DNA of 57,857 nucleotides from a virus (taxonomy: Duplodnaviria > Caudoviricetes), in IMG/VR virus record IMGVR_UViG_3300043607_000048, positions 1 through 57,857 of that record; one strand, given 5' to 3'. The first letter of the stretch is position 1. Each line of letters starts with the position of its first letter. Positions 8,943-17,567 of this stretch are shown here, piece after piece. Under the pieces are notes generated by a model, which worked only from the letters and a program-made list of their open reading frames with translations, ran no database searches and had not been told where the DNA came from. Position numbers and translations under genes: made by a program.

Positions 8943-9250
8943 AGCTCCATAGGTACACTTTTACCAGCGAGCGCGTGACGGCAATCTGTTTGGTAATTCA
9001 GAATGCCGCTGGTGATGACTACGTGACAATCGCTCTCTTTCCCATCGGTGAACATTATCCGCAATGACGGACTTATTGTTGGGCACATGGGGTTCCCGTC
9101 GTAACACCAAACCACGGGTGCCGTTGGAGCTGGAGGAGGAGCGTTTATGAACGGGACGCAATGCGCCCGATTGCAGCCGGGGCACCAAAAGCAAACATGG
9201 CTATGACTGCCGGGAGCGTGCTGCGGATAATGGACTACCCAGCCATTCAC
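8930..9250 (-). CDS. DUF6527-like Cys/His metal-binding protein
   Basis: CPGC..H, W.YDGN..PTISPSL, CH..ITSG, DC.H.LAG pattern. Confidence 0.65.
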   Translation of the reverse strand: MNGWVVHYPQHAPGSHSHVCFWCPGCNRAHCVPFINAPPPAPTAPVVWCYDGNPMCPTISPSLRIMFTDGKESDCHVVITSGILNYQTDCRHALAGKSVPMELWKE

Positions 9251-9849
9251 AGTTTCTTAATCACAAAGGTGAAACCGTTCCCTACTTTGTCATCGGCTTC
9301 CTGAGTGGCGACTACTTCACAGCCGCCGATGTATTTGACTGCCTCCAGAGCATCCTCCAAATGCCAGACCGTGTGATGAAACAAAACCCAAGTGTGGACG
9401 GTCGGAACGAGTCCAACCATGTCCGGTGGCAAATACCTTCCCTCGTGCCGGTAAATCAAATCCTGCAATTTGGTTCGGAGCCGTCCCTTATCGAACGTGC
9501 GTTCTGGATGCGGGAAAATCGTAAAAACCAATCCGCCCGGCTTCACTACCCGGAGCCATTCCTTGAGCGCGCCCAACGTATCCCAATTGTGCTCCAGACA
9601 ATGCGAGCTAACTACGAAATCCCACTGGCCGGTTTCAAACGGTAGTTTGCAGCCATCGGCGATGACATCGACTCTGGCAGTCTCACCGCAATGCTCCATC
9701 TCCTCCTTCTTCCAAGACGTGTCGAGGCTATCGGTCCAATCAACGTTGAGAGTGTCCAGACCAAAAGGGTTGTGGGCTGAGGCTCCCATTTCAATTCCCT
9801 TCAATCCGGTGAGGAGTGAGTTTGCCAGTGCGCTAGTCGGTGATTTCAT
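9247..9849 (-). CDS. Class I SAM methyltransferase (Methyltransf_11-like)
   Basis: GIEMGA, ADGCKLPF..WDFVVSSHCLEH, LKEWLRVVKPGG; probable ATG at 9849. Confidence 0.85.
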   Translation of the reverse strand: MKSPTSALANSLLTGLKGIEMGASAHNPFGLDTLNVDWTDSLDTSWKKEEMEHCGETARVDVIADGCKLPFETGQWDFVVSSHCLEHNWDTLGALKEWLRVVKPGGLVFTIFPHPERTFDKGRLRTKLQDLIYRHEGRYLPPDMVGLVPTVHTWVLFHHTVWHLEDALEAVKYIGGCEVVATQEADDKVGNGFTFVIKKL

Positions 9850-10918
9850 CAGTGCGCCACTTTGCCCGGTCCACGATATGGAAGTAAAGATTTGTCCGGT
9901 AGAAAAGACACTGCTTGCAAATGGAGTGCCCGGTCCTCTGCTCAATCATTTGGTCAGGAGTCGTGTCCAAATAATCTCCAACTGTGATCCTGCGGTCGGC
10001 AACGCACGCGCACATGGACGTCTTGCCGTCATGCCGGATAAACGTGAACATTGATCCAGCTCCCACCGGACAGACTTCGCGCATCGGGTGATGGGTGTAC
10101 AACTCCCGGGCCTGATCGGGCGGGATTTTAAGGCGCTGCATCGTGTCGATGTAGGTCTGGCCAACGGGCGGCAGCGCGGTATTCCAGTCGGGCCTGCCTG
10201 CCTGAATCTCAAACGGAGCTGCCAGCGGGTCTTTGGATCGGCAATACTGGATCGCGTTCTCCATTGAGATTGCCCGGGCGAGCGATGTGAAAAACTCAAT
10301 GCCTAAACCGGTAGCGTATTCCTTCATCAGCTCAATCTCATGGCCGTTGTCGTTATACACGTGGTAATTGACCGCGATTCTTACCTTGGGATTCAGCTTC
10401 GCGTTGGCTTCCGCGATGGTCACCATGTTGGCCATCACCTTTTCGATCTTACCGCCCGCGTGCCCCTTCTCGTAAACCTCCTGAGTAAACCCGGAGAGCG
10501 AAATGATGATCATGTCGGGCTGCTCGGCGAGCGTTTCGTCAACGCGCTGGATGAAATTCAGGTTGGTGGAAAACTCCGGGTGCAGACCGCGCCGTTTGAT
10601 CGCGGCGATGCACTCAGGTAACCGGGGATGCAAAAACGGCTCGCTGTTGCCGTAGAGGAACACAATCGCGTTCGGATTCTCGGAGGCAATCTTGTCCAGA
10701 ATCTTCTCCATCAACTCAGGCTCCATGACCCCGGTCAGGTGATCGTAACCTTTCTGGTTACCTTTCGTGCAGGTGGGGCAATGCAGGTTGCAAACGGAAT
10801 TAACCTCCAAGAAGTAGCGCCACGATTTTAGCCGGGTGTGCTCCATCGCAATTGCCCCGCCGCTCTCGGCGAAAGGGATCGCCGCGTCATCATAAGCTTT
10901 CTGCATCTCTGCCGTCAT
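9833..10918 (-). CDS. Radical SAM enzyme with C-terminal SPASM/Twitch-like Cys cluster
   Basis: CNLHCPTC (CxxxCxxC), YGNSEPFLHP, STNLN; C-terminal CPVG...DG..SMCAC...CKQC. Confidence 0.9.
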   Translation of the reverse strand: MTAEMQKAYDDAAIPFAESGGAIAMEHTRLKSWRYFLEVNSVCNLHCPTCTKGNQKGYDHLTGVMEPELMEKILDKIASENPNAIVFLYGNSEPFLHPRLPECIAAIKRRGLHPEFSTNLNFIQRVDETLAEQPDMIIISLSGFTQEVYEKGHAGGKIEKVMANMVTIAEANAKLNPKVRIAVNYHVYNDNGHEIELMKEYATGLGIEFFTSLARAISMENAIQYCRSKDPLAAPFEIQAGRPDWNTALPPVGQTYIDTMQRLKIPPDQARELYTHHPMREVCPVGAGSMFTFIRHDGKTSMCACVADRRITVGDYLDTTPDQMIEQRTGHSICKQCLFYRTNLYFHIVDRAKWRTDEITD

Positions 10919-10930
10919 AGGCTCACGCTA

Positions 10931-11608
10931 TCACGATCCGATTGGCCCGGCATAATAATTTTTGATGAACGGCAGGCGCGGGCCGTTGCCAAGGATTACC
11001 TCAGCCTCATACCTGCTCTCCAATGAACCGATCCCGGAATCTTTGATGCGGCGGCGGGTGAAGATGCTGGGGATGGTTGAAAAGAATTCCGATCGTACCC
11101 AATAGAAGTTTCCCGCGAAATAGTGCTGAGAGTGATCCCAACCCTGCCCGGTAAGCCAGTGGCACCCTACCGCTTCGTAAACAGAAAGGTCGGCGACACA
11201 ATGCCGCCAGTGCGTTACGCAGTAGTGCATCATGCGCCTTCGCCAGTTGCCCGCGAACGTGCCGTAATCGCTGCCCTCGGCGTGAGTCGATCCTTTGCAG
11301 TGAAAGTACAGGACCGCCCATTGCGGGTGAGTCTTAACCCATTTCTCCATCATCACCAGCGTGAGATTTTCAGAGCGGCTGTCCAAGCCGTGGTAAGTGA
11401 CCTGCGCTTTGTCCGGGAGCAATCCCTGAGCATATACTTTGCTCTCCTCCCCGCCGTTCACGCCAATGTGAATCTCCTGAGCGGCTTCCTCCAGCCCGCT
11501 CTCTTTCATCATGGCCATCTGCTCATGGACAACGTTTAGCGCGTTGGGTACCGCATCGTTGCCGATCTGGAAAAGGCAGTGATAGAAGACGGCAATGGGC
11601 AGGGGCAT
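10931..11608 (-). CDS. Putative glycosyltransferase-like protein (HxKG...GNFxW type, RgpF-related)
   Basis: IAVFYHC, VLYFHCKGS, W...M, HYFAGNFYWVRS, RYEAE; start overlaps the upstream stop (TAATG). Confidence 0.55.
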   Translation of the reverse strand: MPLPIAVFYHCLFQIGNDAVPNALNVVHEQMAMMKESGLEEAAQEIHIGVNGGEESKVYAQGLLPDKAQVTYHGLDSRSENLTLVMMEKWVKTHPQWAVLYFHCKGSTHAEGSDYGTFAGNWRRRMMHYCVTHWRHCVADLSVYEAVGCHWLTGQGWDHSQHYFAGNFYWVRSEFFSTIPSIFTRRRIKDSGIGSLESRYEAEVILGNGPRLPFIKNYYAGPIGS

Positions 11609-12288
11609 TATTCGCAGTGATAATACGGCGGGCACGTGAGCCGGTCGCCGATGATGATATTTTCTTGGGAAGCGTTGTGGAATCCGCCGCGCATAGAGTC
11701 GCAGTCGTGGAGCGGCTTCACTTCATTCCAGCCCGCAATCCAAACGGGCTTTTGCTGCCTGAGCGTCCACGTGGTCAAACCTTCCGGGCCGTGCTCGTAG
11801 GGATAACGCTGGGCATTGTTGGTGACGCGCAACGGATGATCGTTGACTAGCTTCGGCGAACACCAAAATCCGGTAGTTCGAACATGCGGGAACACGTTGA
11901 AGCGTGAGTCACCTTGGTTCCCGGTGCATCCGTAAAGTCCATCGCCGTAGGTTTGATAAACGTTCACGATGCGAGCCAGCCAGTGCGCGCCGCGAAAGTA
12001 GCTGTTGCCACCACAGAAAACCATCAGGTCACACGGCACACTCCTTGCCGCCAACTGGAATCCCCCGATGTCGAATCCGCTATCGTCGTGCTCCAGAAAT
12101 TGGCAGTTGGGCATAGACTCAAACAGGAACCGGGTTTGATCGTCGGCCTTGCCGCCGTTGCAGATTATCACCGAGTCGTGGACGTATCCGGCAGGGTGCG
12201 CGTTGTAGCTGGCGATGAATTTTATTGCCCGGTCAAGGTGACCGTTACCTCCGTTCTCGGGGTAGATGAAAACTACAGCGACTTTCAT
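11608..12288 (-). CDS. Putative RgpF-like glycosyltransferase
   Basis: GT-A-like N-terminus, DDSGFDIGGF, PHVRTTGFW, RYPYEHG motifs. Confidence 0.55.
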   Translation of the reverse strand: MKVAVVFIYPENGGNGHLDRAIKFIASYNAHPAGYVHDSVIICNGGKADDQTRFLFESMPNCQFLEHDDSGFDIGGFQLAARSVPCDLMVFCGGNSYFRGAHWLARIVNVYQTYGDGLYGCTGNQGDSRFNVFPHVRTTGFWCSPKLVNDHPLRVTNNAQRYPYEHGPEGLTTWTLRQQKPVWIAGWNEVKPLHDCDSMRGGFHNASQENIIIGDRLTCPPYYHCE

Positions 12289-12923
12289 TCCCCGAAATCT
12301 CTAAGGGAATGTTGGTCCCTTGCCAATGCTTCTTCTATCGGAATCGCGTGCCAGTGTTTGAGCGAGTACGCCCCGGCCCATGTAACTTGAAACGGTTCAA
12401 AGCCCAATCGCCAGCTCCAGAGCGCGATACTCTGAGGGCCGTGCTCAAACGCGTATCTATCAGCGTCGGATTCAAGATAGGGATAGCTCGCCAGCATCTC
12501 CCGGGGGAGCCAGAAGAAAGTGGTCCGTATGTGCGGCGTAGGCTCCTGAAAGGCCCATGCCCCGTAAACTGCCGGGCCGATGTGCAGGTAGGAATTCACA
12601 ATCACGTCCAGCCAACCGGGCTTCCAAAAGTTGACGTGTGATCCCATGCAAACCATCAGGTCACAATCAATCGCCTGAGAGGCAAGGTAGAACGCGCCCA
12701 AATCCTTTGCCCAATTGTTGTGCGAATGGAATACCGGCGAGAGCGGCTCAAACCATTGCCGGGCTTCTTTAACTGAGGCGGTGCCGTTGACGATGACGTG
12801 AAGCTCATGGTCGGCGGCACCGCCCGGATGCTCCATGTAGCTCTCTACGAATTTACGGGCGGCGGGGCAATACTTCGCGGGATCGACTGTCGGGAAAACG
12901 TAAACGAGCGCAACGCGCATCAC
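12285..12923 (-). CDS. Putative RgpF-like glycosyltransferase, paralogue of 11608-12288
   Basis: Shared motifs HP.G..H, DLGAF, CDLMV, PHIRTTFFW, RYAFEHGP. Confidence 0.55.
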   Translation of the reverse strand: MMRVALVYVFPTVDPAKYCPAARKFVESYMEHPGGAADHELHVIVNGTASVKEARQWFEPLSPVFHSHNNWAKDLGAFYLASQAIDCDLMVCMGSHVNFWKPGWLDVIVNSYLHIGPAVYGAWAFQEPTPHIRTTFFWLPREMLASYPYLESDADRYAFEHGPQSIALWSWRLGFEPFQVTWAGAYSLKHWHAIPIEEALARDQHSLRDFGE

Positions 12924-13018
12924 TCACGGAAAAGGTTAGACTCTGTGCCTACGACCGCAGTTTTTACATTTCATAAATTATTTCTCTGCGTATTCGTTGG
13001 TCGGAGGGTGGAAAATGG

Positions 13019-13354
13019 TCAATGATTGGTGCCGTCCTTCAACCCTCGGTTATACCAAGTTCGGTTAATGGCGTCGATATACCCACCGCATTTGGAGCAC
13101 CGCCACTTGCAGTCGAATGTTTGTTGATGATGTGTAGGATTCTTTATTGGCTTTTTGGTGTGCCGGTCCAGCGCGATAGAAAAATCGTGGCCGGCGCAAG
13201 ATTCCAGTGCGGCAGTGTTGGCCAACACCTGTTGCAGAATTTGTTCGGATACGGTTTTTGGAATGCCTACCATCTCTGCGACTTCGTGGATTGTTTTGGC
13301 CCGTTTATTCGGTATTCCTTTTGGTAGGCTCACGGCGTTTGGCTCCTTTTCCAC
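13019..13354 (-). CDS. Hypothetical protein with C..H / CxxC zinc ribbon
   Basis: CAGHDF...CSKCGG; part of an overlapping gene chain. Confidence 0.55.
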   Translation of the reverse strand: MEKEPNAVSLPKGIPNKRAKTIHEVAEMVGIPKTVSEQILQQVLANTAALESCAGHDFSIALDRHTKKPIKNPTHHQQTFDCKWRCSKCGGYIDAINRTWYNRGLKDGTNH

Positions 13355-13506
13355 GGATAGGTTATTGGACCACTGACGCCAACGTAGGTGGACAGGTCGC
13401 CGCTTCGATGGTCAACCGCTTCGGTTAGATTCCATGTGTCGGGCAGGCTCAAGCAGCCGGTGCAAAGCACGCAAATCGACAGAACGACGACAAGAGAGGG
13501 GGTCAT
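13330..13506 (-). CDS. Small putative lipoprotein
   Basis: MTPSLVVVLSICVLCTGC: hydrophobic signal with lipobox-like TGC; ATG at 13506 overlaps the upstream stop. Confidence 0.5.
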   Translation of the reverse strand: MTPSLVVVLSICVLCTGCLSLPDTWNLTEAVDHRSGDLSTYVGVSGPITYPWKRSQTP

Positions 13507-13760
13507 GGCGTTTGGGGTCCGGCCAGCCATTTGAGGTGGTATAGGATCGATCGCAGGTCCGCTTCCCCATCTTCACGTTGCTCCTGAACGTATTTCCGCA
13601 CGTTCTCCAGCACTTCGGCGCGGATTTCCTGCACGATGGGAACTAGGCATTGCTCAGAGTCAATGCCGCCCTGTTTTTCTGATAGTTCGATTAGCTCGGA
13701 AGCCCAATCTTCTGCCGGTTTAAGTCGTATGGATTCACTCATAATGGATGTAGTTTTCAT
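13503..13760 (-). CDS. Hypothetical protein
   Basis: Helical ORF with ATGA overlaps to both neighbours. Confidence 0.5.
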   Translation of the reverse strand: MKTTSIMSESIRLKPAEDWASELIELSEKQGGIDSEQCLVPIVQEIRAEVLENVRKYVQEQREDGEADLRSILYHLKWLAGPQTP

Positions 13761-14116
13761 TGCTTCCTGATTAGTTTTGCTGCTTGGTTAAGAGCGTCTT
13801 CGACCTTTCCGCCTAGTGTTCCTCGCCCTTTGCATTTGCTGCACTTTTTAAATCGAACGGACGGCGTAAGCGCCTCGTTGTGATATAGCAGCCGTTGTCC
13901 GTGCCCTTGGCAATGTGGGCAGAAGTTGGATTGATGATGCGGACATAAGTGGGGTGCACCGTCAATTATTTGTGTTTTGCACTTGGGCACGGCGCAGAAG
14001 TGATAGTCTGACCTCGGCAATTCAGCCCGCCGCAATGTCACGCTGACGCCATTAGGGACGGTTGGAGAATAATCGTGGATAGGTGTGACCTTGATGGATT
14101 TATTCACTTCGCTCAT
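13757..14116 (-). CDS. Zinc-finger protein with DnaJ-like CxxCxGxG repeats
   Basis: CPHCQGHG and CSKCKGRG plus an additional C/H cluster. Confidence 0.55.
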   Translation of the reverse strand: MSEVNKSIKVTPIHDYSPTVPNGVSVTLRRAELPRSDYHFCAVPKCKTQIIDGAPHLCPHHQSNFCPHCQGHGQRLLYHNEALTPSVRFKKCSKCKGRGTLGGKVEDALNQAAKLIRKQ

Positions 14117-14229
14117 AATCTTTCTTTAGTTTGACTATCACGAGATTCCCCGCACATACAGATGTTCAGGTAATCAACGGGAATACCCAAACTCTCCGCC
14201 ACAGCCACACGCATTTGTTCAGCGGTCAT
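14113..14229 (-). CDS. 38-aa hypothetical protein (not in ORF track)
   Basis: MTAEQMRVAVAESLGIPVDYLNICMCGESRDSQTKERL; fills the gap exactly with overlapping start and stop. Confidence 0.4.
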   Translation of the reverse strand: MTAEQMRVAVAESLGIPVDYLNICMCGESRDSQTKERL

Positions 14230-14951
14230 CACGATCCTGCCAGCTCTCTAGCTATCCAACATCCGGGGACGGCGCGGAGCTGTGAGAGGGTTTCGTCGGA
14301 GACTTCGCGCCGGATATATTCCAGCGGGACGTGAACCTTTAGCTTCATCGGGCAGAGACAGACTCCGCACACGTTTAGCTTTTCGTCGTTGGGCGTGGTG
14401 AGATTTCGGCCCTTGGCTTTGTCGAGCTGGCGGCGGATCGCTTCGGAGGCGGGCTTTGTAAACCAAGCCGTGAAATCGCCAGCCGTATTTTGAGGACAGG
14501 CTACGCACACTGAGGAGCGCGATGTTGAAACCTCGGGAGAAACAGCCGGGGCTTCCGCGTCCAGCCATTCATTCAGCGTGCGAACGCCTGCCCAAATCTT
14601 TTTCAAGCTACCTGCCGCAGCAGCTAGTGCGCTTGGGCTGCTCGGGTTCTGGCTCGGATGACCGAGAAAAGGGGGAGGGTCGGGCTGACCTCCCTCAGCC
14701 ATTACGTATTGAGCGAAACCTCTCTGGAGACACACGGCGGCGTTGTACTCATCTATCCGGTCCATCATGCCGCCTATCGACAAATCCCACTGGAGTTGCG
14801 CCTGCACTCGCGGGTTGGCGTTCAACAGATTGATCACCGCTCGGGCGATAAAATCCATTGAAGAGTAAGGAGGCGCGCTCCATTTGAGTTGCGGGATATA
14901 AAATTGCAGTCCGTTTGGAATCTGCATCTGGCGGTTTTTTAGTCGAGCCAC
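14229..14951 (-). CDS. Cys-cluster hypothetical protein
   Basis: R..VCVACPQN...CGVCLCPMKLKVHVP...CW metal- or disulfide-type motif. Confidence 0.6.
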   Translation of the reverse strand: MARLKNRQMQIPNGLQFYIPQLKWSAPPYSSMDFIARAVINLLNANPRVQAQLQWDLSIGGMMDRIDEYNAAVCLQRGFAQYVMAEGGQPDPPPFLGHPSQNPSSPSALAAAAGSLKKIWAGVRTLNEWLDAEAPAVSPEVSTSRSSVCVACPQNTAGDFTAWFTKPASEAIRRQLDKAKGRNLTTPNDEKLNVCGVCLCPMKLKVHVPLEYIRREVSDETLSQLRAVPGCWIARELAGS

Positions 14952-14978
14952 GGGCTGGTTTCTATCAGGGTCCGGGAA

Positions 14979-15701
14979 TCATTGCAACTGCACACCGCGC
15001 CAGAGACGTAGGGCCATCGTTTCCTTGGCTGGCATCACCGGCCCGAAATCGCTCACCATCGTGCCGTTTGTCCAGTAGCACGGGCCAAAATTCGTCATCA
15101 GTGGCAGGCCGTTCGAATAAATGATCGAGACAAATTGGGCGTTGTTGAACCAGTTGGTGACGGTATATTCGTCCTTCCAATCCGCGCCGTTGGTTGAGCT
15201 TTGGAACGTCATCACCGCCGTGTCCCAGTCGTTGAGCTGGGTGATTTTCCAATCTGGCATTACGAGCGCCGGGCCGTTGGTGTCCATGCCGAAGACGAAA
15301 TTTGGATTCGGCGGCGGGTTGGTGACTGGCGGGTTTCGAGTTGTCGGCGGCAGGCTCGGCAGCTTCTTGCAGAGCTTCCAAAGCCCGTAAACGATGATCG
15401 CGCCGACAATGAGGATCGCGCAACCAGCGAGCACCGCCGAATCTTTTTCAGGAGGAGGAGGCGGCTGTTCCCCGGCCTGCGCCGGTGCCAGCGCCAGCGC
15501 CCCGCACAGGATCAGCGCCACAATGGCTTTGCTTTTTATCAACGCCGCCAGCGCCATTGAGAACGCCAGCGCATTCATCAGCATGAAGCCGTAAATGACA
15601 ATCCGATAATCGTTAAAGCACGAAAGGACGGCTAGAACGAGCGCGTAGAACAGTGTCCCGGCAAAGAATTTCCACAGGGGTTTAATCGAAGGGGTTTTCA
15701 T
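14979..15701 (-). CDS. Multi-pass membrane protein with soluble C-terminal beta domain
   Basis: About four hydrophobic segments, Pro-rich linkers, FQSSTNGADW motif; ATG at 15701 lies downstream of a promoter-like site. Confidence 0.6.
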   Translation of the reverse strand: MKTPSIKPLWKFFAGTLFYALVLAVLSCFNDYRIVIYGFMLMNALAFSMALAALIKSKAIVALILCGALALAPAQAGEQPPPPPEKDSAVLAGCAILIVGAIIVYGLWKLCKKLPSLPPTTRNPPVTNPPPNPNFVFGMDTNGPALVMPDWKITQLNDWDTAVMTFQSSTNGADWKDEYTVTNWFNNAQFVSIIYSNGLPLMTNFGPCYWTNGTMVSDFGPVMPAKETMALRLWRGVQLQ

Positions 15702-15779
15702 ATTGACTCGTTTCTTACACCCGGCGAAAAGATTTTGCAAGTAAAATGTTGACATGCAAGGCTTACATGATTTACAGCT
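15702..15779. promoter_or_regulatory. Divergent promoter region with operator-like inverted repeat
   Basis: Plus strand TTGACA at 15749; minus strand TTGCAA-17-TAAGAA; inverted repeat CATGCAAG-G-CTTACATG at 15753-15769. Confidence 0.55.
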
Positions 15780-16046
15780 GTGCCCGTGATCGTAAAAAAT
15801 AAAGCTTTGTGCGAGCATTGCGGCGGGACCGGGTTCATTTGGAAAGTCGATACCAAGTCACTTACAGCGACTCGGCTGGAGGCTGGTCTAACGCTCCGTG
15901 ATATGGCGCAAAGGGGTGGAGTTTCTCACTCCTATCTCCACGATGTTGAAAACGGTCATCGGCACTGCACATTGCGCGTAGAGGAGATGTATTCGAATTT
16001 GGTCAGCATCCGTAAACAAACAACCAAAAAGAAAGGTAAGCGATAA
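15780..16046 (+). CDS. XRE/Cro-type HTH regulator with N-terminal CxxCxGxG
   Basis: RLEAGLTLRDMAQRGGVSHSYLHDVENG matches HTH_XRE; CEHCGGTG. Confidence 0.85.
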   Translation: MPVIVKNKALCEHCGGTGFIWKVDTKSLTATRLEAGLTLRDMAQRGGVSHSYLHDVENGHRHCTLRVEEMYSNLVSIRKQTTKKKGKR

Positions 16047-16324
16047 TGCCTCCACAACCAGAAGACCTGCCCGGCGTAGAGGGCGAAGGGGTCAGTCAGC
16101 AAAAGAGAATCAAAGCGGTCGAAGAAGCCTTCGGCGATTTGCTCGCTCACCGCGCCAAGCGCATGAAGGCGGGAGAGAATGAGCAAGCCTCCTCGGCTGT
16201 CCTGACGGCGCTCTTTCACAAGCACAACCTCAAACATTACTTTTACGATGACGTGAAGTACATGCTGCAAGGGAAAGAGAAGATCATCAAAGCGCCCAAA
16301 GATGTTGACGTTGACGGCGAGTGA
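16046..16324 (+). CDS. Hypothetical protein
   Basis: TAATG coupling to the HTH gene; protein-like composition. Confidence 0.6.
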   Translation: MPPQPEDLPGVEGEGVSQQKRIKAVEEAFGDLLAHRAKRMKAGENEQASSAVLTALFHKHNLKHYFYDDVKYMLQGKEKIIKAPKDVDVDGE

Positions 16325-16328
16325 TTTA

Positions 16329-16625
16329 TGCGGGGGCGGTCGGCGTGAGGAGCGTGCGTCACTACGCCGTTCGCTGGCTGTCTCCGCGCCAGAATTCTTA
16401 TGATGCGAAAACGCCAGTCGGCAACGGCTGGCTGAGTAGTGTGAAAACCTCAGTGTCAGTAAACCCTAACAACTCAGTGGCGGTGATTTTGCTCGGCGGG
16501 TGTAACGCTGTGTTTGATGCCCGCCCACGGCCCGGCGTGACAGCAACCGGGAACTATTTTAGCGTGAGCGGTGGACTGGACCCCCATTCAAATCCTTTGC
16601 CCGGTACCCTCCGGGACGCTTGCGT
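16329..16625 (+). ncRNA. Candidate structured non-coding RNA region
   Basis: Consecutive G.U-rich stems (GCGGGGGCGGTCGGCG/CGCTGGCTGTCTCCGC; GCCAGTCG-GCAA-CGGCTGGC; GCGTGAGCG/CGCTTGCGT) between two clear genes. Confidence 0.45.
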
Positions 16626-16637
16626 GATTTCAAAACT

Positions 16638-16952
16638 ATGAAACTGGATCGTAACTTAAACCTGAACGGGCGCGGCAAGTACGCGCTGATCAAACTGCGT
16701 GAGGTTCACCATCTCGTTGAAAGCGCAAACTCTCACTGCACGCCGATTTACGAGCTGCCCGTTCACGTGGTTGACTTCGGCAACAGTCCGGGGACTGATT
16801 TCTTCGTGATCCGGCTCAAAGACAAATACGCGGCGAAGGCGCTCACAGCTTACGCCTGCGCGGCGGCTGAGGATGATCCTGAGTATGCTGAGGAGATTCT
16901 GGAGCTGGCGCGCCGGGCTGAACTGCACCCTGACAAAAAGAAACCTGACTAA
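16638..16952 (+). CDS. Phage hypothetical protein
   Basis: GRGKYALIKLR...FFVIRLKDKYAAKALTAYA; ATG at 16638. Confidence 0.6.
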   Translation: MKLDRNLNLNGRGKYALIKLREVHHLVESANSHCTPIYELPVHVVDFGNSPGTDFFVIRLKDKYAAKALTAYACAAAEDDPEYAEEILELARRAELHPDKKKPD

Positions 16953-16956
16953 TCCC

Positions 16957-17124
16957 ATGATCATTAAACCGATCCGTAACTCCAAAGACGGTTTTAATAG
17001 AGCAACAGCGGTCAAAAAGGCTTGGTCGGAAGAAAGCTTTTTGAGCCTACTGTTAAGTTGCTACGCCTGTGAATTGCTGGAGAAGATCGAACGCAATACA
17101 CGGCATAGAAAGGTTAAGAAGTGA
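16957..17124 (+). CDS. Hypothetical protein
   Basis: ATG 4 nt after the previous stop; stop overlaps the next GTG. Confidence 0.4.
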   Translation: MIIKPIRNSKDGFNRATAVKKAWSEESFLSLLLSCYACELLEKIERNTRHRKVKK

Positions 17125-17399
17125 CACAAACCCGCGTCCTTCGTCTCGTAAAAAACTTGGTGGCGCTCCAGCCGATGCGCCGGTTTCGCTCCGAGTCAGG
17201 CATCCTGTTTGACATGGGCCGAAACGATGACCGGCTACAATGGCTCGTCATCAACATGAGCGAGCGCGCTTGGCGGCAGGGCAACGTCAAAAACGGTGAC
17301 TTGGTGATCGTGCAGAAAAGCGCCGAACACGTGCATGAATTCCCTGACGGGATTATCCTGACTGATGCAAAGAACATCCTCTTGGTGGTCGGACAGTAA
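17121..17399 (+). CDS. GroES/Cpn10-like co-chaperonin
   Basis: 92 aa; LRLVKNLVAL, mobile-loop SESGILF, VKNGDLVIV and terminal NILLVV fit the GroES pattern. Confidence 0.6.
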   Translation: MTQTRVLRLVKNLVALQPMRRFRSESGILFDMGRNDDRLQWLVINMSERAWRQGNVKNGDLVIVQKSAEHVHEFPDGIILTDAKNILLVVGQ

Positions 17400-17567
17400 A
17401 GCGAGGGAAGATGAGTTGCGGGTCGCTGAGGAGTATAAAACTCGCACCGCGATTGAGCGATTCAAAAATCGCCTGACAACCGCCCGATCAATGGAGCGCC
17501 GTCACCGCTACGGCAAAAAGATTCGGCAGCTACAGGCAAAGCTCGGTTACCTTTTGATCAGCAACAC

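Noticed and set aside
16321-16641. 106-aa ORF
   Set aside because: No protein-like motifs and coincides with dense RNA stems; treated as probably non-coding, though not excluded.
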